From Bacillota bacterium (lineage in GTDB: Bacteria > Bacillota > Dethiobacteria > DTU022 > UBA8154): a DNA stretch of 40,953 nucleotides. Each line of letters starts with the position of its first letter. The stretch's first letter is position 1. Positions 17,374-25,569 of this stretch are shown in pieces. The DNA lies in NCBI GenBank assembly GCA_012798895.1, contig JAAZMI010000039.1:1-40953 (forward strand). Reading direction: 5' to 3'. Below the pieces are notes generated by a model, which searched no databases, was not told the DNA's origin, and saw only the letters and a program-made list of their open reading frames with translations. The position numbers were made by a program, and so were the translations under genes.

Positions 17374-18717
17374 CTACTCCTTTAGCAGAGAAATTTTCTC
17401 CAGGGTGGGAAAATCCCGACTGAAACCCTTCACTTTTCCCTTCCACATTTTAATCTCCCCATCGACCATGGTCAGCACCGGTACACCTCTTAAACGCCAA
17501 CCAGCAAAAGGCGTATTCCGGCCGCGGGAGTAGAAATACCGGGGATCAATTGTAATTTCCTGACGGGGATCGATCACTACCAGATCGGCCGGCGAACCAG
17601 GGGCAAGAGTGCCTCCCGGAACCCCTAACAGGCGTGCCGGCGCAAGAGCCATACGCTTAACCAGCTCCATTAGAGAAAGTAGCCCCGTTTCTATAAATTT
17701 TGTCCATAGAAGGGGAAAAGATGTCTCCAATCCGATTACGCCAAACGGGGCATTCAAAAAATCTTTCCCCTTCTCTTGGGGCTGGTGCGGAGCATGATCT
17801 GTGGCAACAATTTCTATAATTCCATCCCGCAGGGCTTGTTGAAGCGCTTTCCGGTCGGCAGAACCACGTAAAGGGGGATTCATTTTTGCTGCCGTATCAA
17901 AGTCGGCCACTGTTTCTTCCGTTAACAACAGATGGTGGGGGGTAACCTCTGCGGTAACATTTGTTCCTCTCTCCTTTGCCCATCTAAGCAGGGCAACACT
18001 TTGGCTGCAGCTTAGATGCGCCAGATGGAGCTTGCCCTTCCCCCCCAGAGTATCCTGGAGCAAAATATCCCGGGCCACCATCGCCGATTCTGAAACTGCG
18101 GGTATTACGGGCAAACCCAGGCGGTGACCGTGGCTGCCGGCATGGACCACGCCCCCGGCAGCCAGGAAAAGATCCTCACAGTGAGAGATAACTGGTAGAT
18201 TAAGGGGCAATGCATACTGCATAGCTCTAAGCATCAAGGCGCTGTTCATTACCGGTCGTCCATCATCAGAAAAGCCGCGCGCGCCTTCCTCTGCCATCTC
18301 CCACAACGGCGCAAGCTCCTCACCCCTTAAGCCACTGGTTAAAGCACCAATGGGATAAACACGGGCCAGATCAGCTCTTCGAGCTCGCTCCCGGATCAGA
18401 GCAACCGTTTCCTTGCCATCAACCGGAGGCGTTGTATTGGCCATACAAGCCACCGCGGTAAATCCCCCCGCTACAGCGGCCGCACTACCTGAAGCAATTG
18501 TCTCCTTAGCTTCACCGCCGGGTTCCCGGAGATGAACATGTACATCTATCAATCCGGGAAATACGATTTTTCCCGCTAATTCCAAGCTTGGAACATCAAC
18601 CGGCCCCAAAGATAAAGAGACAGCCTCTACTTCTCCATCACGAATCAAAATCTCCGCCGGACCCTCCCACCCGGCAGCCGGATCATATAGAAGTCCACCT
18701 TTTAGCAGTAGATCCAT
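17374..18717 (-). CDS. pyrC: dihydroorotase
   Basis: 447 aa. The DVHVHLREPG metal-binding HxH and the amidohydrolase fold pattern. The ATG directly abuts the pyrB TAG. Confidence 0.93.
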   Translation of the reverse strand: MDLLLKGGLLYDPAAGWEGPAEILIRDGEVEAVSLSLGPVDVPSLELAGKIVFPGLIDVHVHLREPGGEAKETIASGSAAAVAGGFTAVACMANTTPPVDGKETVALIRERARRADLARVYPIGALTSGLRGEELAPLWEMAEEGARGFSDDGRPVMNSALMLRAMQYALPLNLPVISHCEDLFLAAGGVVHAGSHGHRLGLPVIPAVSESAMVARDILLQDTLGGKGKLHLAHLSCSQSVALLRWAKERGTNVTAEVTPHHLLLTEETVADFDTAAKMNPPLRGSADRKALQQALRDGIIEIVATDHAPHQPQEKGKDFLNAPFGVIGLETSFPLLWTKFIETGLLSLMELVKRMALAPARLLGVPGGTLAPGSPADLVVIDPRQEITIDPRYFYSRGRNTPFAGWRLRGVPVLTMVDGEIKMWKGKVKGFSRDFPTLEKISLLKE

Positions 18718-19653
18718 CTAGATCACTCTCCCGGCTACAAAAGTATCGAGAACTGCCATTCGCACATAGACGCCGTTTTGAACCTGTTCCTGAAAAAGAA
18801 CTTTCCGGGTAGGAAAGCTCTCCAACATTTTTAAAGCCTTGAAACTGATTTCTATGCCCACGTTCACGGGGCCGGGATGCATCAAAAACGCATCTTTCTT
18901 TAATAACGCTAGTCTTTTTTCGTTCAGGCCATAGACAGCCGCATATTCGTCCAACGAAGACAGCAACCCTTTGGATTGCCGCTCTTTCTGCACCCTCAAT
19001 AAGTAGATAACATCGCCCTGTGGTAATACTTCTTCCAGATGATAAGAATACCCGGAACCGGGGGGAACCAGTTCCGGCGGGAGCAAAACCGGGGGGGCAA
19101 CCAGAGTCAACCCGGCACCATAGAGGGGGAGCGCAAAAAAATGAGAGCGGGCCACGCGGCTGTGTAAAATATCCCCCACCATGATGACCATTGTCTGCTC
19201 TAACTTGACTCCTTTTTCACGTAAAGTGAAGATATCCAGCAGGGCTTGTGTAGGGTGCTGGTAACAACCTTCACCGCCGCTGATTAAAGGCATCCCTATG
19301 TTACGTGAAATTTTTTGGATATATCCGGGAATGCTATGCCGAAAAATAAGGGCATGGGCGCCCAAAGAAGCTAGCGTGCTGACAGTATCCTCCATATTTT
19401 CGCCTTTTTCCTCGCTGGATATGCGCGGATTTAGGTTAATGACTCTGCCACCCAATTTCTGCACTGCTAATTCAAACGATAAGCGGGTACGAGTGCTGGG
19501 TTCCCAGAATGAGATAGCGATGTTTTTACCTTGCAATGAGGAAAAAATTTTTCCATCATTTTTCTTAAAATAAGCGGCCCGCTGTAAAATATCCTCGAGA
19601 TCTTCTCGTGTAAAATCCTTCAAACTGAGCATGTCTTTTGGCAACAAAGGCAC
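18718..19653 (-). CDS. pyrB: aspartate carbamoyltransferase catalytic subunit
   Basis: 311 aa with STRTR (EPSTRTRLSFE) and HPGP (MHPGPVN) motifs. The exact start is uncertain: GTG 19653, or TTG 19644 six nt after GAGGTG. Confidence 0.95.
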   Translation of the reverse strand: MPLLPKDMLSLKDFTREDLEDILQRAAYFKKNDGKIFSSLQGKNIAISFWEPSTRTRLSFELAVQKLGGRVINLNPRISSEEKGENMEDTVSTLASLGAHALIFRHSIPGYIQKISRNIGMPLISGGEGCYQHPTQALLDIFTLREKGVKLEQTMVIMVGDILHSRVARSHFFALPLYGAGLTLVAPPVLLPPELVPPGSGYSYHLEEVLPQGDVIYLLRVQKERQSKGLLSSLDEYAAVYGLNEKRLALLKKDAFLMHPGPVNVGIEISFKALKMLESFPTRKVLFQEQVQNGVYVRMAVLDTFVAGRVI

Positions 19654-19668
19654 CTCTTCTACTGTGGT

Positions 19669-20292
19669 CTAGTCAAATCTTGTATCACCGGGAAACCAGA
19701 CGCGGATGACGGTCTGTATACCGAGGATGTATAATACAGCCGTAGGAAAGTATGCCTCCGCCACCGTATCAAATAAAATTGTAGATCGCGGGGCAAATTC
19801 TTCCCCCCCCTTCCAGAGGACAAAGGCAAGGTCCAAGCGAGGCAAAACCGGTATTACCAAACCGGCATCTCCCTGTTCAAAAGGTATCCCACCATGCTTC
19901 AAGCCCAGATCTAAAAATAATTCCCGGCGATGATGGTAACTGTTTGCCAGCGGTTCCAACGCCTCCCGGCTAAAGGGTTTCCAGTGTAAAGGACCCCCTT
20001 TTAGCTCATGAAAGGAGACCCACTGCCCCCGTGAGGGCAGCCCAACCGCTGTTGAAAGGTACTTTAAAATAACAACCCTTTCTTCGTGGGTTATAGCCAA
20101 AAGTTTGGTATCATGCTCTGTTTGGCACCAATCGACCTCTCCCCCGGGATAAGAGATGCGCAGGGGAAAATTGCAGTATTTTAAAATAAATTCACCCTCC
20201 TGAAACACCGCCCCACTGCGTGCAGCCATCTCTTCAGGATCTTTGGCCGCAAAAACCTGTAATATCTGGGGTAGAGCGCTTCTGGTACACAA
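19669..20292 (-). CDS. DUF3786-like protein
   Basis: 207 aa. TTG start with GGAGGG 6 nt upstream. The C-terminal pattern FEQGDAGLVIPVLPRLDLAFVLWKGGEEFAPRSTILFDT matches my recollection of DUF3786. The stop lies 15 nt before pyrB. Confidence 0.5.
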   Translation of the reverse strand: MCTRSALPQILQVFAAKDPEEMAARSGAVFQEGEFILKYCNFPLRISYPGGEVDWCQTEHDTKLLAITHEERVVILKYLSTAVGLPSRGQWVSFHELKGGPLHWKPFSREALEPLANSYHHRRELFLDLGLKHGGIPFEQGDAGLVIPVLPRLDLAFVLWKGGEEFAPRSTILFDTVAEAYFPTAVLYILGIQTVIRVWFPGDTRFD

Positions 20293-20430
20293 TATTATCC
20301 CTCCACTTAAAAAATATTTATTCGGCAGGGGACTTCTTTTTCCCTCTAGCTAAAAATATTTTTCTTGACGTAGTTACCACTTTAGGCAAAAATATGTTAA
20401 GATAAAATAAAAAAGTGGGGATTTATAAAA

Positions 20431-21336
20431 ATGCATAAAAAAAGCAGCCTCTTTCCCTTTATTTTGGTGGGCATTGTTTTAATCAGTGGTTTCTTTTTTC
20501 TTCCCTCTTTCATTTTACCCGAAGAAATCCCCGAAAAACAGGCAGGCAGCCCGATACCCGAAACACCGGAGATCCAAGGTGACGGTGAGAAAGCAGAGCC
20601 TGCCGTAACCCCGCCGGTAAGCCAACAAACAAACCCCGGTAACGAAAATAATCTACAAGAAGCAGGAAGAGAAGAAATAATAAAGGAAGAAAATGGGGGA
20701 AATAAAACTTCATCATCTACCCCAGAAACAGGAACAGTGATAAAAGGGGATGAGAACATGCTGGAAAAACTTTCCTTCCTGCAAAATCCCTTACCCGGTG
20801 CAAGTGTTACTACCATGGATTCCCAACTGCCCGGAGCGCCCCGCCCTTATCGCCACGGCGTACACGAAGGTCTTGATTTCTATTCCGGATGTTGCGGTAT
20901 CCAGGTCAATTACGGAGACCCGGTTTTTGCAGCCGGGCCGGGAACTATCTCCCGCATCGATCACGGTTTTACAGAACTCCCTGTAAAGGAACGGGAGGCA
21001 ATGCTCCAAAGATGCAAAGAAGAAGGAGATACCCCCGAAACTATTTTGGACAAGCTGCGCGGCAGGCAGGTATGGATTACCCATCCTACCGGGTTGGTAA
21101 CACGTTATGCCCACCTGAGCAAGGTTGCAGAATACTTGCAAGAAGGCGACCGGATCGAAGCTGGCGATTACCTGGGCGATATCGGAAATTCCGGCACCAG
21201 TGCAGGTGCTGCGGGCAGAAAAGACGAACCCCATCTACACTTTGAAATTTGGCTGGAAGGCAGTTATCTGGGTAAGGGGTTGTCTCCCCGAGAAACGAGA
21301 AGCCTTTTGAAAACCCTACTGGAAAAAGGCAATTAG
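20431..21336 (+). CDS. M23 family (LytM-type) metallopeptidase with N-terminal membrane anchor
   Basis: 301 aa. A hydrophobic N-terminus, a low-complexity Pro/Glu linker, then HGVHEGLDF (HxxxD) and GNSGTS...PHLHFEI (HxH). Confidence 0.85.
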   Translation: MHKKSSLFPFILVGIVLISGFFFLPSFILPEEIPEKQAGSPIPETPEIQGDGEKAEPAVTPPVSQQTNPGNENNLQEAGREEIIKEENGGNKTSSSTPETGTVIKGDENMLEKLSFLQNPLPGASVTTMDSQLPGAPRPYRHGVHEGLDFYSGCCGIQVNYGDPVFAAGPGTISRIDHGFTELPVKEREAMLQRCKEEGDTPETILDKLRGRQVWITHPTGLVTRYAHLSKVAEYLQEGDRIEAGDYLGDIGNSGTSAGAAGRKDEPHLHFEIWLEGSYLGKGLSPRETRSLLKTLLEKGN

Positions 21337-21454
21337 TAAACTGATATCTATTCGCCAGGGGGGCTTCCGCCGGGATAATTTTCCTGCGCGGGCAGGACAG
21401 AACCCAAAAAATTCCCCATAAATATGCTTTTCTATCTACGACGATGGGTTGCTG

Positions 21455-21853
21455 CTAGTATAAAGAAAAGTGAATGCGCCGCTGCCTGGGCCCGTCAAAT
21501 TCTGCAAAAAAAATAGCCTGCCATCTTCCCAGGATCAGATCCCCGTTCTCAATCAGCAGGGTCAAACTGGAACCCAAAAGGGAAGCCTTGATATGAGCAT
21601 CGCTATTTCCCTCCAGGTGCTTGTATTCTGAATCGCGATGAGGAATGAGCTTACGCAAAACATAGAGCAGATCTTCTTTTACAGTAGGATCGGCCCCTTC
21701 ATTAACGGTGATGCCCGCCGTTGTATGCGGTACAAAGATAACCAGGCAACCTTTCTCAATATCTTTGGAACGTATCAATTCCCTCACTTTTGCAGTAATA
21801 TCTACGAGTTCTTCCCTTTTCCTTGTTTTTATCGCTATAATTTCCCTATGCAA
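21455..21853 (-). CDS. yjbQ: YjbQ/UPF0047 family protein (secondary thiamine-phosphate synthase-like)
   Basis: 132 aa. VPHTTAGITVNEGADP and NSDAHIKASLLGSS signatures. TTG start with AAGGGTGGA 9 nt upstream. Confidence 0.85.
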   Translation of the reverse strand: MHREIIAIKTRKREELVDITAKVRELIRSKDIEKGCLVIFVPHTTAGITVNEGADPTVKEDLLYVLRKLIPHRDSEYKHLEGNSDAHIKASLLGSSLTLLIENGDLILGRWQAIFFAEFDGPRQRRIHFSLY

Positions 21854-21906
21854 TATTTTTTGTCCACCCTTTATCTTGAAGGCCTTATTGATAACAAAAA
21901 GAGGCC

Positions 21907-23055
21907 CTAATGTTTATCATCCTCCGGGGGGGGCTGTTCATCCTTTCTTTGCGTCAGGTAACGTATCATATTTTGATAAGCACGGTGTTCTATATTCAAA
22001 GCCTTGTTAATTTCCTGGTATTTGGCCGAAATACTGGAAGGAGAAACGTTATATTGTTGGGCCAGTCTTTTCTGAGTGATGCTCAGAAAATGGAATTTGG
22101 TGATGGCATATTCCAGCGCGGCCGACCAGATTGCTCTTTTATTGATGCGTGGAACGCGAGGGTAGATATTATTTAGAAAATCGATCCAGATCGCTTGAAC
22201 ATCCTCGTAAAATTTTTCATTGTACATGTTACTCTGCTGCATGCTATGCAAAGTACCGTCCAGCACATCCTGCCATTCATCCAACCACATGGGCGCAATC
22301 AGAGGATAATATGATAGGTCTATATCCCTAAGCCCTTCCCCCATAAAAACTGTTACCTGTCCTTTTACACCCATGTTTTTCATCTCTAAAAGCGCTCTTA
22401 CACGCAGCCTCTGCCTAACCCAGGGGTTGCGCACAAATTCCCGCAGGGGTTCCTCCCCGCTTTTTCCCGGTAGCAGACCATAAATATGCATCGCCTTATT
22501 GACGACCTGATCATTTTTCCCATAAAGTGTCTTCAATAAGTTATTTTTAATCTCCGGGCTTTCATGGTAACTGCGGATTATTTCTTCTTCTTCCGGCAAT
22601 TTTTTTCGATCAGCACTTTCTTTCTCTTCATCATCCTCTTTGAAATCAACCTCTTCCACCTCTTCCCTCAAAGCAAAAAGCAGATCCTCTGCATCCTGCG
22701 CCATCTCTCCATCGGGTGCATAACGCAGATACAGGTTAAGGAGATGGCAGGCCTTATCCAAATTTCCAATTAAACCATAATTAACAGCCATCAGAAAATA
22801 ACACTCCGTTAAAGAAGGGTCCATCTGATAAACAACCGAAGAAAAAATATCGTTTGCTTTATCCAGATAACCCATCCTGCTTAGCAAACAAGCTAGATTA
22901 TAATAATTAACAGAGTTCTCAGGCTCAACTTCTATTGTTTTTTTAAAAAACAATAACGCCTTATCGAGCTTATTTTGTTGAAAATAAAAATTTCCTTTTT
23001 GATAATAATAGCTGGCACTTTTTAAAAATGATACTACTTTTTTCTTGCTTAACAT
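21907..23055 (-). CDS. TPR-repeat protein with acidic linker and C-terminal HTH-like segment
   Basis: N-terminal TPR-like repeats (YYYQKGNFYFQQNKLDKALLFFKKTIEVEP, YYNLACLLSRMGYLDKA), a Glu/Asp-rich linker, and C-terminal ITQKRLAQQYNVSPSSISAKYQEI. I prefer ATG 23055 over the track's GTG 23064. Confidence 0.7.
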   Translation of the reverse strand: MLSKKKVVSFLKSASYYYQKGNFYFQQNKLDKALLFFKKTIEVEPENSVNYYNLACLLSRMGYLDKANDIFSSVVYQMDPSLTECYFLMAVNYGLIGNLDKACHLLNLYLRYAPDGEMAQDAEDLLFALREEVEEVDFKEDDEEKESADRKKLPEEEEIIRSYHESPEIKNNLLKTLYGKNDQVVNKAMHIYGLLPGKSGEEPLREFVRNPWVRQRLRVRALLEMKNMGVKGQVTVFMGEGLRDIDLSYYPLIAPMWLDEWQDVLDGTLHSMQQSNMYNEKFYEDVQAIWIDFLNNIYPRVPRINKRAIWSAALEYAITKFHFLSITQKRLAQQYNVSPSSISAKYQEINKALNIEHRAYQNMIRYLTQRKDEQPPPEDDKH

Positions 23056-23135
23056 TATCCTCACCGCTTATTGTTAATCTCCTCATCCCTCGTAGATGGC
23101 AAAAAACGAAAGACAAAGGATGTCGTCTATTAGAT

Positions 23136-23165
23136 AAAATAAAAAGGTTTTAGGTATTTAAACCT
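23136..23165 (-). terminator. candidate terminator downstream of yhaM
   Basis: AGGTTT (23145-23150) pairs with AAACCT (23160-23165). It is followed on the minus strand by TTTTTATTTTAT. The stem is short and AT-rich. Confidence 0.45.
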
Positions 23166-23242
23166 ATATCATACCCCTTTATGAAAAATTCTCTATTTCT
23201 AGCCCAATTTCCTGCCAGATTTGAAATTTACGTTGAAATACT

Positions 23243-24208
23243 TTAAGAATCAAAACCTGTATATATTTTTCTTTTTAAAAACCGGTCCCAGCTGGTCCAC
23301 GACGCAGAGCCTTTTTCATCTGTCATTATCTGTTGAAACTGCTTGAGCCGGGCGCTAAAAAGATCGGCATGAAATAATGTAAAGCTTTCAAAAGTTTTGG
23401 GAATCTCCGGAGAGCCCCATTCTTTTTCGCCGTGATGGCTGATTAGGGCATGCTCCAACTGTATTTTAATATTTTCCGGAAACTGGGGCACCTTGGCTAG
23501 CAATCCCCTCAATATTTCCAAACCGATAGTAATATGACCTAACAATCGGCCTTTATCTGTCTGTTCAAAGATGAAGCTTTGTGAATCATACTCTTCAACT
23601 TTTCCAATATCATGCAGTATGGCTGCTGTAACCAACAAAGATCGGTCAAGTTCTGAAGGATAGAGCTTGGTTGCCTGTAAACAGATCTCTACCACTTCCA
23701 GAGTGTGTTCCAAAAGGCCCCCGAGGTAATTATGATGTATTATTTTGGCTGCTGGGGAGATCTTAAATTTTTCCACCAACTCTTCATCGGAAAAGAACAC
23801 CTTTAAAAGTTCCCGCAGGTTTTCTTCCTTAACGTTTTGATCTACTAAATTTAAAAGCATATCCCACATTTTTTCCCTATTACGGGGAGAGACTGCCTGA
23901 AAATTTTCCCTGTGCACTTCTTCTAACTTCATCTTTTTAAAATTTCTAATCACCAACTGTGGCCCGTCATATTCACCCACTTCACCCTTAATCTGTAGAA
24001 CATCATTGGGGTAGATAGGATCCTTGATGAGAGCCCGTTCCCAGATTACGCCCTTAATAGTGCCACTTATGTCCCCCAGTTGTAATATTAAAAAAGATTC
24101 GCCGCTTCTGGCCGGAGAAGAAAAAGGATACTCACGTATGTTGAGGACGACAAATTGAGAATTTACAGCATTACCTACTTTCAAATCTTTAATGAACTGT
24201 TTGTTCAA
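23243..24208 (-). CDS. yhaM: 3'-5' exoribonuclease YhaM family (OB-fold + HD domain)
   Basis: 321 aa. An N-terminal OB-fold region and an HD domain (LEHTLEV, AAILHDIGK, ISHHGEKEWGSP). TTG start with AAGGAGG 7 nt upstream. Confidence 0.8.
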   Translation of the reverse strand: MNKQFIKDLKVGNAVNSQFVVLNIREYPFSSPARSGESFLILQLGDISGTIKGVIWERALIKDPIYPNDVLQIKGEVGEYDGPQLVIRNFKKMKLEEVHRENFQAVSPRNREKMWDMLLNLVDQNVKEENLRELLKVFFSDEELVEKFKISPAAKIIHHNYLGGLLEHTLEVVEICLQATKLYPSELDRSLLVTAAILHDIGKVEEYDSQSFIFEQTDKGRLLGHITIGLEILRGLLAKVPQFPENIKIQLEHALISHHGEKEWGSPEIPKTFESFTLFHADLFSARLKQFQQIMTDEKGSASWTSWDRFLKRKIYTGFDS

Positions 24209-24295
24209 ATAGATACCTCCTTTACTACAAAATTTAAACTTTTATTTCTTCTCTTTGCCTCAAGATCACTTCGCCGTTCCAAGGCAAAAACCCTA

Positions 24296-24480
24296 CCCCT
24301 GCACAGCAAAGAGTTCACGGTGAAACCCGAAGCTAAAACGGCCACAGCGGAACTTATCATTTACCCAAATGTATGAAAAAATGTGGAGAAGCAGCATGTT
24401 CAGCTTGATTAAACAGGTTCGGCAAAGTACAGGCTTTAGGCGGCCCTGTGGCAGGATGCCGGCAACCGACCGTGCGGCCA
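24296..24480. ncRNA. unassigned GC-rich structured element (ncRNA or riboswitch-like leader); strand undetermined
   Basis: The centre of the 428-nt spacer is much more GC-rich than its flanks. Several long-range complementary segments are visible (see findings). No credible ORF. Confidence 0.35.
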
Positions 24481-24492
24481 TGGATTGATGAT

Positions 24493-24521
24493 TTTTATCG
24501 TTTATCTTTTAATCTTTTCAA
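24493..24521 (-). promoter_or_regulatory. candidate minus-strand promoter upstream of the structured element and yhaM
   Basis: On the minus strand: TTGAAA (24521-24516), a 17-nt spacer, then ATAAAA (24498-24493). A perfect palindrome CCACTATAGTGG (24523-24534) abuts the -35. Confidence 0.3.
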
Positions 24522-24550
24522 CCCACTATAGTGGTAAAAAGATTTAGTGC

Positions 24551-24584
24551 AGCGATTAAAGAAAGCAGGCCGGCGGCCTGCTTT
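24551..24584 (-). terminator. rho-independent terminator of the acs/metVF operon
   Basis: Perfect 10-bp stem AAAGCAGGCC (24562-24571) / GGCCTGCTTT (24575-24584). On the minus strand a TTT CTTTAAT tail follows. It lies 53 nt past the metF stop. Confidence 0.75.
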
Positions 24585-24636
24585 AAAATATCTATCTATT
24601 TCCTTATTTTTTTCCTTCTCTAATACCCCCGGTTAA

Positions 24637-25569
24637 TCAATCAATTTCGGGGCGAGGATAAAGCCCGGCTCTTTCCACTATCTCCGGAACGACTTCCTCC
24701 CAGGCAATAGCCATTATGTGAACCCCGGCCACACCCTCTATCTCCTTAAGACGCTGAATTGTTTCTACAGCAATATTAAGGCCTTCCTTCTGCTTATTAT
24801 CAGCACCTCTGAGCCGATCGATTAGTTCATCTGGTACAATCATGCCCGCAACATTTTTTTGCATGTAGCGTGCCGCACCGATGGATTTGATAGGCGTTAC
24901 CCCACCCATGATGTGTACCTTTTTATGCAGACCTAACTCCCTAACTTTTTCCATCCATTTTTCAAAGCGATCCATATCAAAGATACACTGCGTTTGAATA
25001 AATTGGGCACCGGCAGCTACTTTTTTAGCCAACCTTAGATGGCGATATTCAAAAGGATCGGCAAAAGGGTTAGCCACCGCACCGATGAAGATCCGCGGCA
25101 AAGGGTGTTCTATTTTCTCCCCGCTAACAAAAACACCTTCATCGCGTATGTTTTTAAGTGCCCGAATCAATTGCATAGAATCCAGATCATTCACATTTTT
25201 GCTCTGGGGTTCATTGCCAAACTTGGCATGGTCGCCTTGCAAACATAGAAAGTTTCTAGCACCGATGCTTACCGCCCCTAACAGGTCACTCTGCAAACAG
25301 ATTCTGTTCCTGTCCCGAACAGTCATCTGCACGTTAGGTTCCAGCCCCATCTGCATCAAGACTGCAGCAACACCGATACTGGAGGTGCGCACGATAGCCG
25401 TCTGGTTATCGGTAATATTATAAGACTCGACGTGGTTGCGCATGGCGTCAGCGTGTTGTTTTAATGTTTCTAAATATGCACTGCGCGGCGGGCCCAACTC
25501 TCCAGTAACGGCAAAGTGCCCGCTATTCAGCATTTTTTCAAGTCTACTCTCCGTCTTCAAGCCTGACAT
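24637..25569 (-). CDS. metF: methylenetetrahydrofolate reductase, MetF subunit
   Basis: 310 aa. MTHFR TIM-barrel pattern (FAVTGELGPP, YNITDNQ, LQGDH, FIGAVANP, AGAQFIQTQ). The start is uncertain: ATG 25569 overlaps metV by 26 nt, and ATG 25533 is the alternative. Confidence 0.9.
   Translation of the reverse strand: MSGLKTESRLEKMLNSGHFAVTGELGPPRSAYLETLKQHADAMRNHVESYNITDNQTAIVRTSSIGVAAVLMQMGLEPNVQMTVRDRNRICLQSDLLGAVSIGARNFLCLQGDHAKFGNEPQSKNVNDLDSMQLIRALKNIRDEGVFVSGEKIEHPLPRIFIGAVANPFADPFEYRHLRLAKKVAAGAQFIQTQCIFDMDRFEKWMEKVRELGLHKKVHIMGGVTPIKSIGAARYMQKNVAGMIVPDELIDRLRGADNKQKEGLNIAVETIQRLKEIEGVAGVHIMAIAWEEVVPEIVERAGLYPRPEID

Noticed and set aside
20321-20352. CUAGAGGGAAAAAGAAGUCCCC upstream of the DUF3786-like gene, considered as a PyrR-binding attenuator loop.
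   Set aside because: It does not match the conserved UCCAGAGAGG core, no terminator/antiterminator pair follows it, and no pyrR gene is present in the window.
24385-24397. GGAGAAGCAGCAT resembles the GGAAGCAGC segment of the SRP RNA domain IV, suggesting a 4.5S/scRNA gene.
   Set aside because: The obligatory GGUCCGGAAGG tetraloop context and the matching 3' strand are absent on either strand.
24293-24481. 62-aa minus-strand ORF (MAARSVAGILPQGRLKPV...) covering the GC-rich element.
   Set aside because: It has no SD and an Arg/Cys/Leu-rich composition typical of translated structured RNA. It spans exactly the region with long-range base-pairing.
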